From NCBI GenBank assembly GCA_965207455.1, contig CBDBMJ010000001.1, forward strand, positions 1,632,001-1,696,000: DNA of 64,000 nucleotides, read 5' to 3'. Positions 1 to 10,661 of this stretch are shown here, one piece after another (position 1 is the stretch's first letter; each line of letters opens with the position of its first letter). The stretch is from Bdellovibrionota bacterium. Lineage in GTDB: Bacteria; Bdellovibrionota; UBA1018; CAIPTA01; JAALKR01. Position numbers and translations under genes: made by a program. Under the pieces are notes generated by a model. That model was not told the DNA's origin and ran no database searches. It worked only from the letters and a program-made list of their open reading frames with translations.

Positions 1-2
1 AT

Positions 3-248
3 TCCGACGGTGGAGTGGCCCATACGGCGCACCTGGGGGGCATGGTGGTTGGCTTGATTATTCTGCTTTCCGTCACAAAATGGAAGCAGCTCCAGGCACG
101 TTCCTCTGGTGAGGGGCTGGACAAATGGCGCCTAGATAAGCAACAGCACAAGCGCAAGCAGTTCGATCAGGCCTCTTACTTAAAGGTGGTGGGTCTGGAG
201 GACAAGGAAGGGTCGGAAAAAAAGGATGATAAGACCGTTTGGCACTAG
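3..248 (+). CDS. Rhomboid family intramembrane serine protease, C-terminal part (5' truncated by window)
   Basis: Frame is open from base 3: SDGGVAHTAHLGGMVVGLIILL. AHxAHLGG is the catalytic His helix of rhomboids. Confidence 0.8.
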   Translation, partial: SDGGVAHTAHLGGMVVGLIILLSVTKWKQLQARSSGEGLDKWRLDKQQHKRKQFDQASYLKVVGLEDKEGSEKKDDKTVWH

Positions 249-284
249 GCTCAGCCCTTGACTCTCTCCCTGCCTTAGATTAGT

Positions 285-602
285 GTGTTTCTCATGAAGG
301 ATTTACAAATTAAGGAAGCAATGGAAAATAAAGAGTGGGATGTGCGGCTTATTGAGCGTGCTCGTGACGTGGGCGGTTTAGAGGAAAAGGCATACACTGC
401 GCACCTCAGTACCCTGCCCGACGATAGTTCCACAATGAGCGAGGTAAATTTAGATGACCTCATGGCTACGGACAATCCTGTGCACACTGGTCGCAACTTG
501 CCGTCTCTGGAGCCACACAAACCCCAGCCTTTTGAGGATTTAGAGTTAGAGGAGCAGGCGGCTCGCCTCCAGTCGGACTCGATAGGAACCCTTAGGCGGT
601 GA
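285..602 (+). CDS. Hypothetical acidic protein
   Basis: 105-aa ORF whose stop overlaps the dcd start (GTGA); start codon uncertain. Confidence 0.6.
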   Translation: MFLMKDLQIKEAMENKEWDVRLIERARDVGGLEEKAYTAHLSTLPDDSSTMSEVNLDDLMATDNPVHTGRNLPSLEPHKPQPFEDLELEEQAARLQSDSIGTLRR

Positions 603-1135
603 TTCTCTCCGACAAGCAGATTTTAGAGGAGTTGGATCAAGGGAGCATTCTCATCCAGCCCTTTGATCGTCAATGCTTGGGATCCAATTCCTACGACGTG
701 CACTTAGGTTCCACCATGGCACGATATACGGACAAGGAGTTGGACGCAAAAAAAGACAACCCTGTAGAGTATTTTGAGATTCCAGACTCTGGAATTCTTT
801 TAAACCCCTCCGAGCTATATTTGGGAATTACTCAAGAGTATACGGAGACTTGGAAGCACGTTCCTTTTTTAGAGGGAAAGTCCTCTGCGGGTCGTTTGGG
901 AATCGACATACATGCCACAGCGGGAAAGGGTGATGTGGGGTTTTGCAACCACTGGACGTTAGAGATTTCCTGTAAGATGTCTGTTCGTATTTATAAGGGG
1001 ATGCCCATTGGTCAGCTTATTTATTTTCGAGTGCAGGGAGATGTGATGAATCCCTATCACGCCAACCCTAAGTCAAAATACAATACAAAGAACGTTCGTC
1101 CCATGAGTTCTCAGATGTGGAAAAATACATTCTAG
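599..1135 (+). CDS. dcd: dCTP deaminase
   Basis: MILSDKQI, NSYDVHLG, LEGKSSAGRLG, DVGFCNHWTLEI and YKGMPIGQLIY motifs. Confidence 0.95.
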   Translation: MILSDKQILEELDQGSILIQPFDRQCLGSNSYDVHLGSTMARYTDKELDAKKDNPVEYFEIPDSGILLNPSELYLGITQEYTETWKHVPFLEGKSSAGRLGIDIHATAGKGDVGFCNHWTLEISCKMSVRIYKGMPIGQLIYFRVQGDVMNPYHANPKSKYNTKNVRPMSSQMWKNTF

Positions 1136-1142
1136 GGTTCCT

Positions 1143-1529
1143 GTGAAGCTATCTAGTTGTACTCGCTGGCTTTGGGTTCTCCTTGGATGGGTATCCGTAG
1201 TTTTGGGAGGAATCGGCGTTCTGCTCCCTGTGCTTCCCACAACTCCATTTCTTCTATTAGCGACTGTTTGTTTTTCCAAGGGTTCTCCTAGGCTTCATGC
1301 TTGGATTTTGTCCTACCCGTATGTAAAACGGGCAGTTACGGAGTGGCAGCAATTTGGTGTGATTCGCCTACGAGCAAAAATCATGGCAACGGTGCTAATT
1401 CTAGCTTCTTTTTCCTATACCTTCCTAGTAGTGGACATTTCTCTTGGGTTAAAAATTTTTCTAGCTTTCGTGGGGGTTTCTTGTCTACTATTTATTTGTA
1501 CAAGGCCGTCCCAGAAAAAAGGGGGGTAG
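1143..1529 (+). CDS. YbaN/DUF454 family inner membrane protein
   Basis: LGGIGVLLPVLPTTPFLLLATVCFSKGSPRLHAW signature. Confidence 0.9.
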   Translation: MKLSSCTRWLWVLLGWVSVVLGGIGVLLPVLPTTPFLLLATVCFSKGSPRLHAWILSYPYVKRAVTEWQQFGVIRLRAKIMATVLILASFSYTFLVVDISLGLKIFLAFVGVSCLLFICTRPSQKKGG

Positions 1530-1600
1530 CAATACGAGGGCTAGCAATTTTGCTGGAATGTGTTAGAAGGGTGTGGAGATAGCAAGCAAGGGGAAACAAT

Positions 1601-3160
1601 ATGAATACAATGGAGCTCATCGAGGAAAGTCTAAAGCGTGGCTTGGGCGTTTGTAACGACGAGGGAGTATTGCTCGTTGATACGGGAGCATTTACGGGAC
1701 GAGCAGCGAAGAATCGTTATTTAGTCGACCACCCGGAGTTAAAAGAGTCGGTGGACTGGGGCAAGGTGAATAAGCCCCTAGACGTCACCCTTTCCCATCA
1801 AATCTTTGAAAAGTTAGCGTCCCGGCTTCAGGGAGAAAAGACCTACTCCATGGACGGTTATGTGAGTGCTTTTCCCATTTCCGTTACGTCCACCAGTCCT
1901 TGGCATATTGCCTTTGCAAAAAACATGTTTCGTAGCGAGCCCATTGAGGCGTTAACCAGCCGTCTTCCCAAGGATAAAACCATACAGGTTTTCCATTACC
2001 CTTTTGGCACTACTGAGGATTTGGGTATTTCTGGTGCTCCCAATACTACGATCATTCTTTTGGATTTGGTGGAGTTAAAGGTAGCCATTATTGGCACTGC
2101 CTATGCTGGGGAGATTAAGAAGTCTGCATTTACTATTTGTAATTATCGTTTAGTGGATTTTGGTTTTTTCCCCATGCACGCCTCTGCTAACTGTTTACAT
2201 AATGGTGATGATTCCTGTGTATTGTTTGGTTTATCGGGCACGGGAAAAACAACTTTATCTGCCAGTCCAGAACGTTACCTTATTGGCGACGATGAGATTG
2301 TTTGGACACCCAAGGGTTTATCCAATTTAGAGGGAGGATGTTATGCCAAGCTTATTAATCTTTCTGAAGACAAGGAGCCTGAGATTTATCGAGCCTGTAA
2401 CAAGATGGGTGCGATTTTAGAAAATGTTTCCCACAATTCGGAAATGAAAATTGACTTTAGCAACGCTAGTAAGACAGAAAATACTCGGGGTTCTTATCCC
2501 ATTGAAGCCCTTGGGGATACGGTATATGTTCAGGACAGGGAGGCCCAAGCGCCCAAGAATGTTGTGTTTTTAACAGCCGACGCGTTTGGAGCGTTGCCTG
2601 CGGTGGCACGCTTGGATTTCAACCAAGCTCAGTACCATTTTATTTCTGGTTATACGGCTAAGGTTGCAGGAACGGAAATGGGTTTAAAAGAGCCACAGGC
2701 CACCTTCAGTGCTTGTTTTGGCGCTCCCTTCATGCCTCGGTCGCCTGTGGTGTATGCAGAGCTATTGGCAGACTTTCTTCGCAAAGAGAACGCCACAGTG
2801 TGGTTGCTCAATACGGGTTGGACAGGAGGAGCCTATGGTGTGGGTAAGCGATTTCCCATGCACATTACTCGCGCCATTTTGGAGGCGATTCAGTCTGGAG
2901 AGCTAGCCAAGCAGCCCACTCAAAGGCATGGGGTTTTTGGTTTTGAAGTGCCCACTGTTTGTCCGGGAGTGGATCCAAAATACTTAGCTGTTCCCACGGG
3001 AGAGCGAGTGGATCTTGTGGCAAAAAAGTTTCGTGAAAATATGAAGTCCTTGGGTTTACGTTCCAGTGTTTTGGACTTGGGCAGTCCCCAGTTATTGGAT
3101 CAACGTATGCGGCATATGGAAGACCGCACCCCATCCACAAGTGCCCCAAGTTTAGTATGA
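1601..3160 (+). CDS. pckA: Phosphoenolpyruvate carboxykinase (ATP)
   Basis: TGAFTGR, YAGEIKK, MHASAN, FGLSGTGKTTLS, LIGDDE, EGGCYAK, TENTRGSYP and FSACFGAPF motifs. Confidence 0.97.
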   Translation: MNTMELIEESLKRGLGVCNDEGVLLVDTGAFTGRAAKNRYLVDHPELKESVDWGKVNKPLDVTLSHQIFEKLASRLQGEKTYSMDGYVSAFPISVTSTSPWHIAFAKNMFRSEPIEALTSRLPKDKTIQVFHYPFGTTEDLGISGAPNTTIILLDLVELKVAIIGTAYAGEIKKSAFTICNYRLVDFGFFPMHASANCLHNGDDSCVLFGLSGTGKTTLSASPERYLIGDDEIVWTPKGLSNLEGGCYAKLINLSEDKEPEIYRACNKMGAILENVSHNSEMKIDFSNASKTENTRGSYPIEALGDTVYVQDREAQAPKNVVFLTADAFGALPAVARLDFNQAQYHFISGYTAKVAGTEMGLKEPQATFSACFGAPFMPRSPVVYAELLADFLRKENATVWLLNTGWTGGAYGVGKRFPMHITRAILEAIQSGELAKQPTQRHGVFGFEVPTVCPGVDPKYLAVPTGERVDLVAKKFRENMKSLGLRSSVLDLGSPQLLDQRMRHMEDRTPSTSAPSLV

Positions 3161-4946
3161 GTCTCACTCCACAAGAGGAAGAAATTTATCGTATCCGTCA
3201 CAGCTTAGCTCATGTGTTAGCGCAAGCCGTTTTGGATTTTCGTCCCGGCTCTAAGTTGGGTTTTGGTCCTCCCATTTCGGACGGTCTTTATTATGATTTC
3301 ATTTTATCCGAGCCCATATCTGAGGAGGATTTTCCACAGATTGAAAAGCGCATGAAATATATTATTAAGAAGAACCAAGCGTTTGCTTCTGAGGAGTTGG
3401 AAACAAAAGAGGCGCTTATGCGTATTAAAGAGATGGGGGAGCCCTATAAGGCGGAATATGCTCAGGAGTTAATCAAAAAAATGGGCTTACGTCTTTGTGC
3501 TTTTACACCAACGGTCCGTTTATGGATATGTGTGAGGGTCCCCATGTGAAGAGTACTAGAGAGCTTCCTTTGGATGGATTTAAGTTGCGTAGTTTAGCGG
3601 GAGCTTATTGGCGAGGAGATTCCAATAACGTTATGATGACCCGTATTTATGCGTGGGCGTTTAAGGATAGAAAAGATTTGGAAGAAAGGGTGCGGGCCCA
3701 TAAGGCAGCTATTGCTAGGGATCATAAAAAATTGGGTAAGGAGTTGGAGTTATTTACCTTTAGCGATTCCGTCGGACCTGGGCTTCCTCTGTGGATGCCC
3801 AATGGAACGATCATTCGGGATGAGTTGGAAAAGTATGTGAAGGAGTTGGAGTTTCATGGAGGATATCAGCGTGTAGCCACGCCCCACGTGACGAAAAAAG
3901 ATTTATACGAGACCACGGGCCACCTTCCCTATTATGCGGAACACATGTTTCCCTTTATGGAGGGTGATTCCGAGGTTTATTGTTTAAAGCCCATGAACTG
4001 TCCCCATCATCACCTTATTTTTGCAGCCAAGAAGCGCAGCTATAGGGAGCTTCCGGTGCGCTTGGCAGAGTATGGTACGGTTTACCGTTACGAAGATTCA
4101 GGAGCTGTTTCTGGTCTTTTGCGTGTGCGTGGCATGTGCATGAACGATGCCCATATTTATTGTACAGAAGCGCAGATCAAGGAAGAGTTTTTAGCTGTGA
4201 TGAAAATGCACGAGGCTATTTATAAAACATTGGGCATTAAGGATTACTATATGCGCTTTTCCACTTGGGATCCGGACGACGCCAAGGGAAAGGAAAAGTA
4301 TGTGGATAGCCCTGAGGCTTGGGCGCGCACTGAAAGTATTATGCAAGAAGCGATGGATGCCAGTGGTTTGCCCTATACAAAGGTAAAGGGAGAGGCTGCT
4401 TTCTATGGACCTAAGATTGATTTTCAATTGAAGACAGTGACGGGCAGGGAGGAGACAGCCAGTACCAATCAATTGGATTTTGCCGTACCTGAGCGTATGA
4501 ATCTTTCGTATATGGATGCCGACAATACGGAAAAGCGTCCCTACATTATTCACCGGGCGCCAGCTGGCACCCATGAGCGATTTGTGGCCTTTCTTATTGA
4601 GCATTTTGGCGGGGCCTTTCCCACTTGGTTAGCGCCCATACAGGTGCGAGTGATTACGGTTCATGAGCGTTTCAACGACCATGCAAAAAAGATTGTTCAA
4701 GACCTGCGATCGCAAATGGTTCGTGCAGAGTTAGATTGTAGTGGAGAAACCATGGGAAAGAAAATTCGTTTAGCATCACGGGCAAAAATTCCTTCGGTAT
4801 TGGTAATTGGTGAGCGAGAAGTGCAGGACAATACGGTTACGGTGCGCGAGTATGGTAAGGAAGAACAGAAAACCCTTCCCTTGGAAGAGTGGAAAAAACT
4901 TCTTTTATCGTCCATTAAGAATCGACTTACAGAACCTCAATCCTAA
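3157..4946 (+). CDS. thrS: Threonine--tRNA ligase lacking the N-terminal TGS domain; split by a -1 frameshift in the A7 run at 3475-3481
   Basis: The first frame has [12 protein letters not shown] and [12 protein letters not shown]. The -1 frame continues with [32 protein letters not shown] and AAFYGPKID. One extra A joins them as [12 protein letters not shown]. Confidence 0.95.
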
Positions 4947-5065
4947 AAAATTTATATGCCTCTTTGCCTTCCCCCATTTTCAATGCTGTGCACTCCATAG
5001 GAAAGGCAAGAAGCATGATTGAAGGAGCTAAGCGCTCCTAGCGAGCAGACTTATTCTTTGTTTTT

Positions 5066-5554
5066 TTATTCTCCTGTGAGTCCAATTATAGTACCCGGCA
5101 CAACATCAAAGGAAAATACCCCCCCATCCTCAGTATCCCAGTGAGGGAGCCAACTAAGATCAAGGTTTGGTACTTTTGTTTTGAATTCCATATTACAGGC
5201 TTTGCTGAGATACTCCCGAGCATTACACTCAAATTCTGCATAACCTACTGAACTGAATATATCCGAGAGGAGATATACATCCATTCTAACTTTAAAAGAC
5301 GGACCTTTTGCTTCTAGGGCACCTGGATAGAATGCCTCTTTAGTTAGGACCATATAAGACGTGTCTTTTCCATTCATTGTAACTATATGCTGTGATGCAC
5401 AAGTTGCTGTTACCGAACCCTCACTGGGGTGCTCTCTCGTGTCGCAGGTTGCCACTTGACTAGTAAAAGATCTAGCAGAAACTGGAGCACTCCATAAAGC
5501 GCAAGCCATAGTTAATGCTAAAGTTAATGTTGTTGATTTTAATATAGTTCTCAT
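5066..5554 (-). CDS. Hypothetical secreted protein
   Basis: 162-aa ORF with a Sec signal peptide (MRTILKSTTLTLALTMACALWSAPVSA), an AAGG RBS and its own promoter. Confidence 0.75.
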   Translation of the reverse strand: MRTILKSTTLTLALTMACALWSAPVSARSFTSQVATCDTREHPSEGSVTATCASQHIVTMNGKDTSYMVLTKEAFYPGALEAKGPSFKVRMDVYLLSDIFSSVGYAEFECNAREYLSKACNMEFKTKVPNLDLSWLPHWDTEDGGVFSFDVVPGTIIGLTGE

Positions 5555-5623
5555 AATTTTCCTTCTTTCTTTGATTATTAATTTTTACCAAGAGACACGC
5601 CGCACGCCTCTTTTATAAGGAGC

Positions 5624-5653
5624 ACCATAGCCTTGGTTGCCGCTTAATGTCAA
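5624..5653 (-). promoter_or_regulatory. Putative sigma70 promoter for 5066..5554
   Basis: TTGACA-N18-TATGGT on the minus strand. Confidence 0.55.
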
Positions 5654-5735
5654 TATTTTTCTGTGCATTTTTTAGGTGCGCTGCGATAAATCAGGGCATG
5701 CGCATAAACAAACTAAAAAAACTCGGAATTGGGGA

Positions 5736-6992
5736 TCAAAGATCGGGTTGCACAAACCCGATAGAGGTGTGGAAGTCCACTACTTCCTTTGAGGCTCGAA
5801 AGGAGTTGGGGGTCCATCCTATGATGCTAATGTCTTTAGCTTCTCGTACCCGGCTTAGGGCCACATAAGCATGTCCCGGTTCCCAAAGATTTTTCAGGTC
5901 CACAAACATTTTATCGAAGGTGCTGCCTTGGGCTTTATGAATGGTGGTGGCGTAGGCTAGGTTGATGGGAAAATTTTTAGCGATAGCGATAACTTTTCCG
6001 TCGCCGTTGGAGAGAGAGAAGTCGGACTTTTCCAAATAAATTTTGAGTCCGCTCATGAGTTCAATGCCTATCTTTTTTTTCTGGATGGATTCCACATACC
6101 CCAGGCTTCCATTTACCCATCGTCCCCTGGGATCATTTTGACGAATCATAATAAAAGCATTTTTTTTGAGGCATAGTTTTTCAGGAATGGGTGCTTGTTT
6201 TTTAATGGTGGCCACTGCTGCCGCAGCTCCTTCGTATTCTGTTTCAAAGACGGTTTCTTTTTGAGGAATTTCGTTCAATCGTTTTTGATTATATTTTTCC
6301 ATGGCGTATTTTCTAGGGAATAGGTGGGTTCCCGTTTCTGGGGAACCTTTCTTTGGGGCATGGGCATTTAAAAAATCTCGTACTTCTTGGTTAAGGGTAC
6401 CTATGCGTATGAAATTGAGGATGCGGATGAGGTTCGCGTCTTTGGTGCGTACGATAGTGGAGAGAATGGCAGGTTCAAATTTTGTACGTTCCCATACGTC
6501 GTCCTGAAAGGCCCATGATTTTTCTTTTTGTGTTGTATTGACGGGCGGGAGTTGGGAAAAATCTCCCACGGCAATTACTCGCAATCCTCCCCAGGGTTTA
6601 TCTTCCACTTGGCGTGCTTTGGAGGTGATCCATTCTGCTGCGTCCAGGGCTTCTCCAGAGAGCATGGATATTTCGTCGATAATAATTCCCTTGGCTTCAC
6701 GGATTCTTTTTTTCACACGGGAGTTTCGAAGGGCTTTTTCCACGGTTTTTTCCACTCCGCCTTCCATGATACCGAGGCCAAAAAAACTATGAAAGGTTCG
6801 TCCTCCCACGAGGATGGCAGCAACTCCTGTGCTAGCCAGTATGGGAAATTCTTTATGATTTTTTTCTTTTAAAAATATGCGAAGCAGGTGGCTTTTTCCG
6901 CTGCCGGCTACGCCGGTGATAAAGATATTTTTAGAGCTTTCCTTGAGTTGTGCGAAGGCTTTTTCTTGGCAAGCAGTGAGTTTGTGTTTCAT
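5736..6992 (-). CDS. PIF1 family ATP-dependent DNA helicase (SF1B)
   Basis: GVAGSGKS, STGVAA..GGRTFHSFFG, IIIDEISML, GDFSQLPPV, FPINLAYATTIHKAQGST and AYVALSRV motifs. Confidence 0.92.
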   Translation of the reverse strand: MKHKLTACQEKAFAQLKESSKNIFITGVAGSGKSHLLRIFLKEKNHKEFPILASTGVAAILVGGRTFHSFFGLGIMEGGVEKTVEKALRNSRVKKRIREAKGIIIDEISMLSGEALDAAEWITSKARQVEDKPWGGLRVIAVGDFSQLPPVNTTQKEKSWAFQDDVWERTKFEPAILSTIVRTKDANLIRILNFIRIGTLNQEVRDFLNAHAPKKGSPETGTHLFPRKYAMEKYNQKRLNEIPQKETVFETEYEGAAAAVATIKKQAPIPEKLCLKKNAFIMIRQNDPRGRWVNGSLGYVESIQKKKIGIELMSGLKIYLEKSDFSLSNGDGKVIAIAKNFPINLAYATTIHKAQGSTFDKMFVDLKNLWEPGHAYVALSRVREAKDISIIGWTPNSFRASKEVVDFHTSIGFVQPDL

Positions 6993-7093
6993 TATGAAGA
7001 CCAGCTTAGCGCGTTTGGGGGGATATGTAATTACGCAGGCTTGTCTGATTCCTTTATATTTGGTGTTTTGAGCTTTTGGGCGTTTTTAGGGGC

Positions 7094-7633
7094 TTAAAAC
7101 CGAAGGCCACCTCGGACGAGAAAGGATATCCAGCTTCCAGACACCTCTCCTGAGTCAACACTAGCGTTAGAGGCAAAGATATTGTGGAACTCCATACTGA
7201 GTCCAATGAGGCTCGTATTATTGAGATCCAGGTCCGTACCAAAGCTAAGGTTCATGCCAAAGTGGGTGGTATTATCCTTTTTTTTTGCGTTATACAGGCC
7301 CACACCTGCGGAGACGTAGGGAACGAGTTGATCCACAAAAAATAAATTTCCTCGAATGCCAAGGGTAGCTGAGGTGAGGTAGAGCAGTTCGTTATGGGTA
7401 CTGCGGGTAATATTAGAGTGGAGGGAAAAGGACTCGCTAGCAGCGTATTCATAGAACAAGCCGGGAGAGGTATTTGCGTTTACTCCTTCTCCGAGGATTC
7501 CAGCTGGCCAAACTTGACCAAAGCGAACCCCTACAGTATGTGGGGAATTTTCAGCCCACGCAGGGGTGCTTAAAAAAAAGAGCAGAAAGAGAGCAAAAAA
7601 CTTGCTCTCTTTCTTTAAACGTTTACAAAACAC
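7094..7633 (-). CDS. Outer-membrane beta-barrel protein (OmpA-like 8-strand type)
   Basis: Signal peptide, alternating beta-strands, PYVSAGVGLY and a C-terminal aromatic residue (GGLRF). Confidence 0.75.
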   Translation of the reverse strand: MFCKRLKKESKFFALFLLFFLSTPAWAENSPHTVGVRFGQVWPAGILGEGVNANTSPGLFYEYAASESFSLHSNITRSTHNELLYLTSATLGIRGNLFFVDQLVPYVSAGVGLYNAKKKDNTTHFGMNLSFGTDLDLNNTSLIGLSMEFHNIFASNASVDSGEVSGSWISFLVRGGLRF

Positions 7634-7664
7634 AAGCGTACAACTTCCTATTGTTAACGAACAC

Positions 7665-8060
7665 CTATTGGGTAACAGGGGTTTCGCTTACAGCAGAAGG
7701 TGCTTCTTTTGTAGGCATACTTGTATGAGGTACTTTTTCCGTTGTTTCATACCTTGCCATCTCTGGGGCAAAATTCTTGCGAATATAGCCAGAGAAGGAT
7801 CCATCACCATCGCTGATGATTTTCTTTAGCAGCTCTACAGGAATTGGATTGCTGTTTCTGCGCTCCGATTCATATAATAACTGAGTCAATGTTACCTGAG
7901 TAATATTGTTCTTTGTTTTGTTGTCAATAACACATAGATCATCACCATTTTTTATCATCTGTGAGATCTCTGCTAGAGTTACATAGCAACTCTGGTACGT
8001 GTCATATAGTTTACGGTTTTGGTATCTCTTTATTACTTTTTTTTCATTCATTTCATTCAT
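7665..8060 (-). CDS. PhaR-like regulator (PHB/PHA accumulation regulator DNA-binding domain)
   Basis: IKRYQNRKLYDTYQSCYVTL..VIDNKTKNNITQVTLTQLL. Start placed at the ATG after a GGTGGAG RBS. Confidence 0.88.
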   Translation of the reverse strand: MNEMNEKKVIKRYQNRKLYDTYQSCYVTLAEISQMIKNGDDLCVIDNKTKNNITQVTLTQLLYESERRNSNPIPVELLKKIISDGDGSFSGYIRKNFAPEMARYETTEKVPHTSMPTKEAPSAVSETPVTQ

Positions 8061-8433
8061 AATTTTAACTCCACCTTTTGTATACAGCCCCATGTCAAAT
8101 AATACAAGTACTAAAAAACATTAAACTGTAGATTCCTCCAAAATAAACTAGTTATTTAAGTTTCTATTTTTCTATTAAGTTTCTTATAGAGGTTCTTAAT
8201 GTAATTATGCTGTCTTGCCAATAAAAAAATGTATTTTCCTTACATTTATAACGTACCGACTAAATTAGTTAATATACGAAAATCTCTACCCTAGCCACTA
8301 TGGCGGCTATACAGCATTTTTTTTGCAGCATAAAAAACAATATCATATCAAAAAAATACAGTAAAAAAAGACTTTTTGCAGAAAAAAAAGAGAATTACTA
8401 AGCATTTTGCACGCCGCATCCGAAGAGCTAGGT

Positions 8434-10320
8434 ATGGCCGCTAGGATCAAACAAAAAAATAAAATAAAGTTTTTATGGGTGTTTTTGCCTCTTTTAGCAA
8501 CGAGCTGTTCTACTTTACCTATTGCTCTAGAAGAGTCCCCTTTTCTGTCCCTATCATTGTGGGATGAGGAGGATTCAAAAAAAGTAGGGGATGAGAAAGA
8601 AAGTGCTCCGTTACACACACTTTCCTCCAGTGAGCACGCGGCTGCGGCCATTCGAAACTTTTCCTTAGGCCAGGCGTACTCTTTAAATAATAAAACAGAC
8701 AGGGCAATTGAATCCTATAGGGCTGCGTTGGTCTATGATCCCAACTCTCCATTGGTCCATACAAGTTTAGCTGCTGAGTTGTTAAAGAAGGGACACAATT
8801 TATTGGAGGCAAAAAGTATTTGTGAGAAAGCCATTGCCCTTGATTCTAGTTATGTAGATGCGTATTTATTGTTGGCAGGTATTCATGTTTTGTCCAAGGA
8901 ATACACACAGTCCATTGCCACGTATAAAAAAGTACTACAGATCAGTTCCACGAATAGGGATGCACTCCTATACTATGGGATCACGTTAGCAGAAAGTGGA
9001 AAGTTGGAAGAGGGTGAGGGGATTTTAAAAAAATTAGTGAAGTTGGAGGATAGCTTGGACACTCAGATCACTAAGGCCATTGTTTGGTTTTATTTGGCAA
9101 AGGTGCAGGTGCAAAATAAAAAATTTCAAGCAGCTACTTTTTCTTTGCAGCAAGCGTTACTAGAGAATCCGGGTTTTTTAAAGGCTGGGCTTTTTCTAGC
9201 CGACACGTATTTAGCATTGGATATGGAAAAGGAGTCCATTGCAGTGTTAAGGAATGTATTTGCAGAGCAGGAGGACCCGCTGATTGCAGCGCGTTTAGCT
9301 GCGTATTTTCTCAGCACATCGAAGTTTGAAGAGTCGGTTCCCTATTTAGAGACGGTGGTGGAGTCGGATCCAAAAAACATCAATGCTAAAATTCGTTTAG
9401 CTCTTATTTATTGGCAATTAAAATGGCATGAAAAATCCCACAGGCTTTTCCTATCTATTTATGAGGAGCAGCCTCAGAGTAACGAAATATTATTTTACTT
9501 AGGCGAGTTGGAATTGGAGCGTGTGGGAGGGGATCGAGCCATACAGTACTTTAAGAAAATCGATCCACAGTACTCTCGTTATGAGGAATCGGTTCACCGG
9601 GTGGTGTCGATTTATCAAGGCATGGATAAAATCCAAGACGCGGTGGTATTTTTAGAGAATTCCATGATAGCCCGTCCTGATCTAGCTTCTTTTTATGCCA
9701 TTCTTGGGCGAGTGTATGAGGACAAAAAAAGGTTAGTGATGGCCATTCAAGTTTTGAAGAGGGGACGGGAAGAGTTCCCTGATCAGGAGGATATTCTCTA
9801 CTACTTGGGATATCTCTACGATCGTGTGGGAGAAAAGAAAAAAGGATTTCAGGTAATGGAGATTCTTTTAGAAAAAAATCCGGAAAACGTTCAAGCGTTA
9901 AATTATATTGGTTACACATTGCTTATTTCTAGGAAGGATATGAAAAAGGCTCAAAGCTATTTGGAGCGAGCAATACGACTCCAGCCCAACGATCCTCATA
10001 TTTTGGACAGCTACGGCTGGTCGCTTTTCCAACAGGGAAAAGTAGAGGAAGCGTTAATACAGTTGGAGCTTGCGGCAAGGATGAAGCCTGGGGAAGGCAT
10101 TATCGCGGAGCACTTGGCCGAGGTATATTTAAATTTAAATTGGAGGCATAAAGCCTTGTTAGCGTATAAAAATGCCTTGCAAGGTATGACTAAAGGTGAA
10201 GACCAGGTGCGCGTGCAAAATAAAATCGAAAATATTAGTGGGATTTTAGGAGTGCGTATGAAATATGAAAAGATTAGACTTCCAGCGTCTCGAACCTGTA
10301 AAGGAGTGGACTGCCTTTAA
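8434..10320 (+). CDS. TPR repeat lipoprotein
   Basis: Lipobox-like LATSC, many TPRs, and C-terminal ALNYIGY..ILDSYGW..IAEHLAEVY. Confidence 0.85.
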   Translation: MAARIKQKNKIKFLWVFLPLLATSCSTLPIALEESPFLSLSLWDEEDSKKVGDEKESAPLHTLSSSEHAAAAIRNFSLGQAYSLNNKTDRAIESYRAALVYDPNSPLVHTSLAAELLKKGHNLLEAKSICEKAIALDSSYVDAYLLLAGIHVLSKEYTQSIATYKKVLQISSTNRDALLYYGITLAESGKLEEGEGILKKLVKLEDSLDTQITKAIVWFYLAKVQVQNKKFQAATFSLQQALLENPGFLKAGLFLADTYLALDMEKESIAVLRNVFAEQEDPLIAARLAAYFLSTSKFEESVPYLETVVESDPKNINAKIRLALIYWQLKWHEKSHRLFLSIYEEQPQSNEILFYLGELELERVGGDRAIQYFKKIDPQYSRYEESVHRVVSIYQGMDKIQDAVVFLENSMIARPDLASFYAILGRVYEDKKRLVMAIQVLKRGREEFPDQEDILYYLGYLYDRVGEKKKGFQVMEILLEKNPENVQALNYIGYTLLISRKDMKKAQSYLERAIRLQPNDPHILDSYGWSLFQQGKVEEALIQLELAARMKPGEGIIAEHLAEVYLNLNWRHKALLAYKNALQGMTKGEDQVRVQNKIENISGILGVRMKYEKIRLPASRTCKGVDCL

Positions 10321-10361
10321 ATAAAATCTTATTTATTTTTGTGGAAGCCGATGGTGAATAT

Positions 10362-10655
10362 ATGAATTTACAATGCTTTACTTGGGACGACGAAGAGTTT
10401 TTAGAATTAACGGAAAACCTTTTAGCCTTTTTACCATTTCAAGATGTATATCTCTCTCCCTACCTTGTGGCACCATACATTGGAGTCATGCAATATAACA
10501 GAGAGCTTCTTCCCGTGGAGGGACCGGCACCATTACAAGAAAGTCCTCGGAAGCAGGGATGGTTACTTGTGTATGAAGATCACGCAAAGGCTGTGCGACA
10601 TATTCCCGATTTCATCGACGATACTTTGGAAAAACCAGATATGGAAAAAAAATAA
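10362..10655 (+). CDS. Hypothetical protein
   Basis: ORF co-oriented after the TPR gene; no recognisable motif. Confidence 0.5.
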   Translation: MNLQCFTWDDEEFLELTENLLAFLPFQDVYLSPYLVAPYIGVMQYNRELLPVEGPAPLQESPRKQGWLLVYEDHAKAVRHIPDFIDDTLEKPDMEKK

Positions 10656-10661
10656 GATCGT

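Noticed and set aside
258..281. TTGACT..TAGATT promoter before the 285 ORF
   Set aside because: The spacer is only 12 nt.
3472..3483. Programmed -1 ribosomal frameshift in thrS
   Set aside because: The zero-frame context is C-AAA-AAA, not a canonical X-XXY-YYZ heptamer, and I see no clear stimulatory hairpin.
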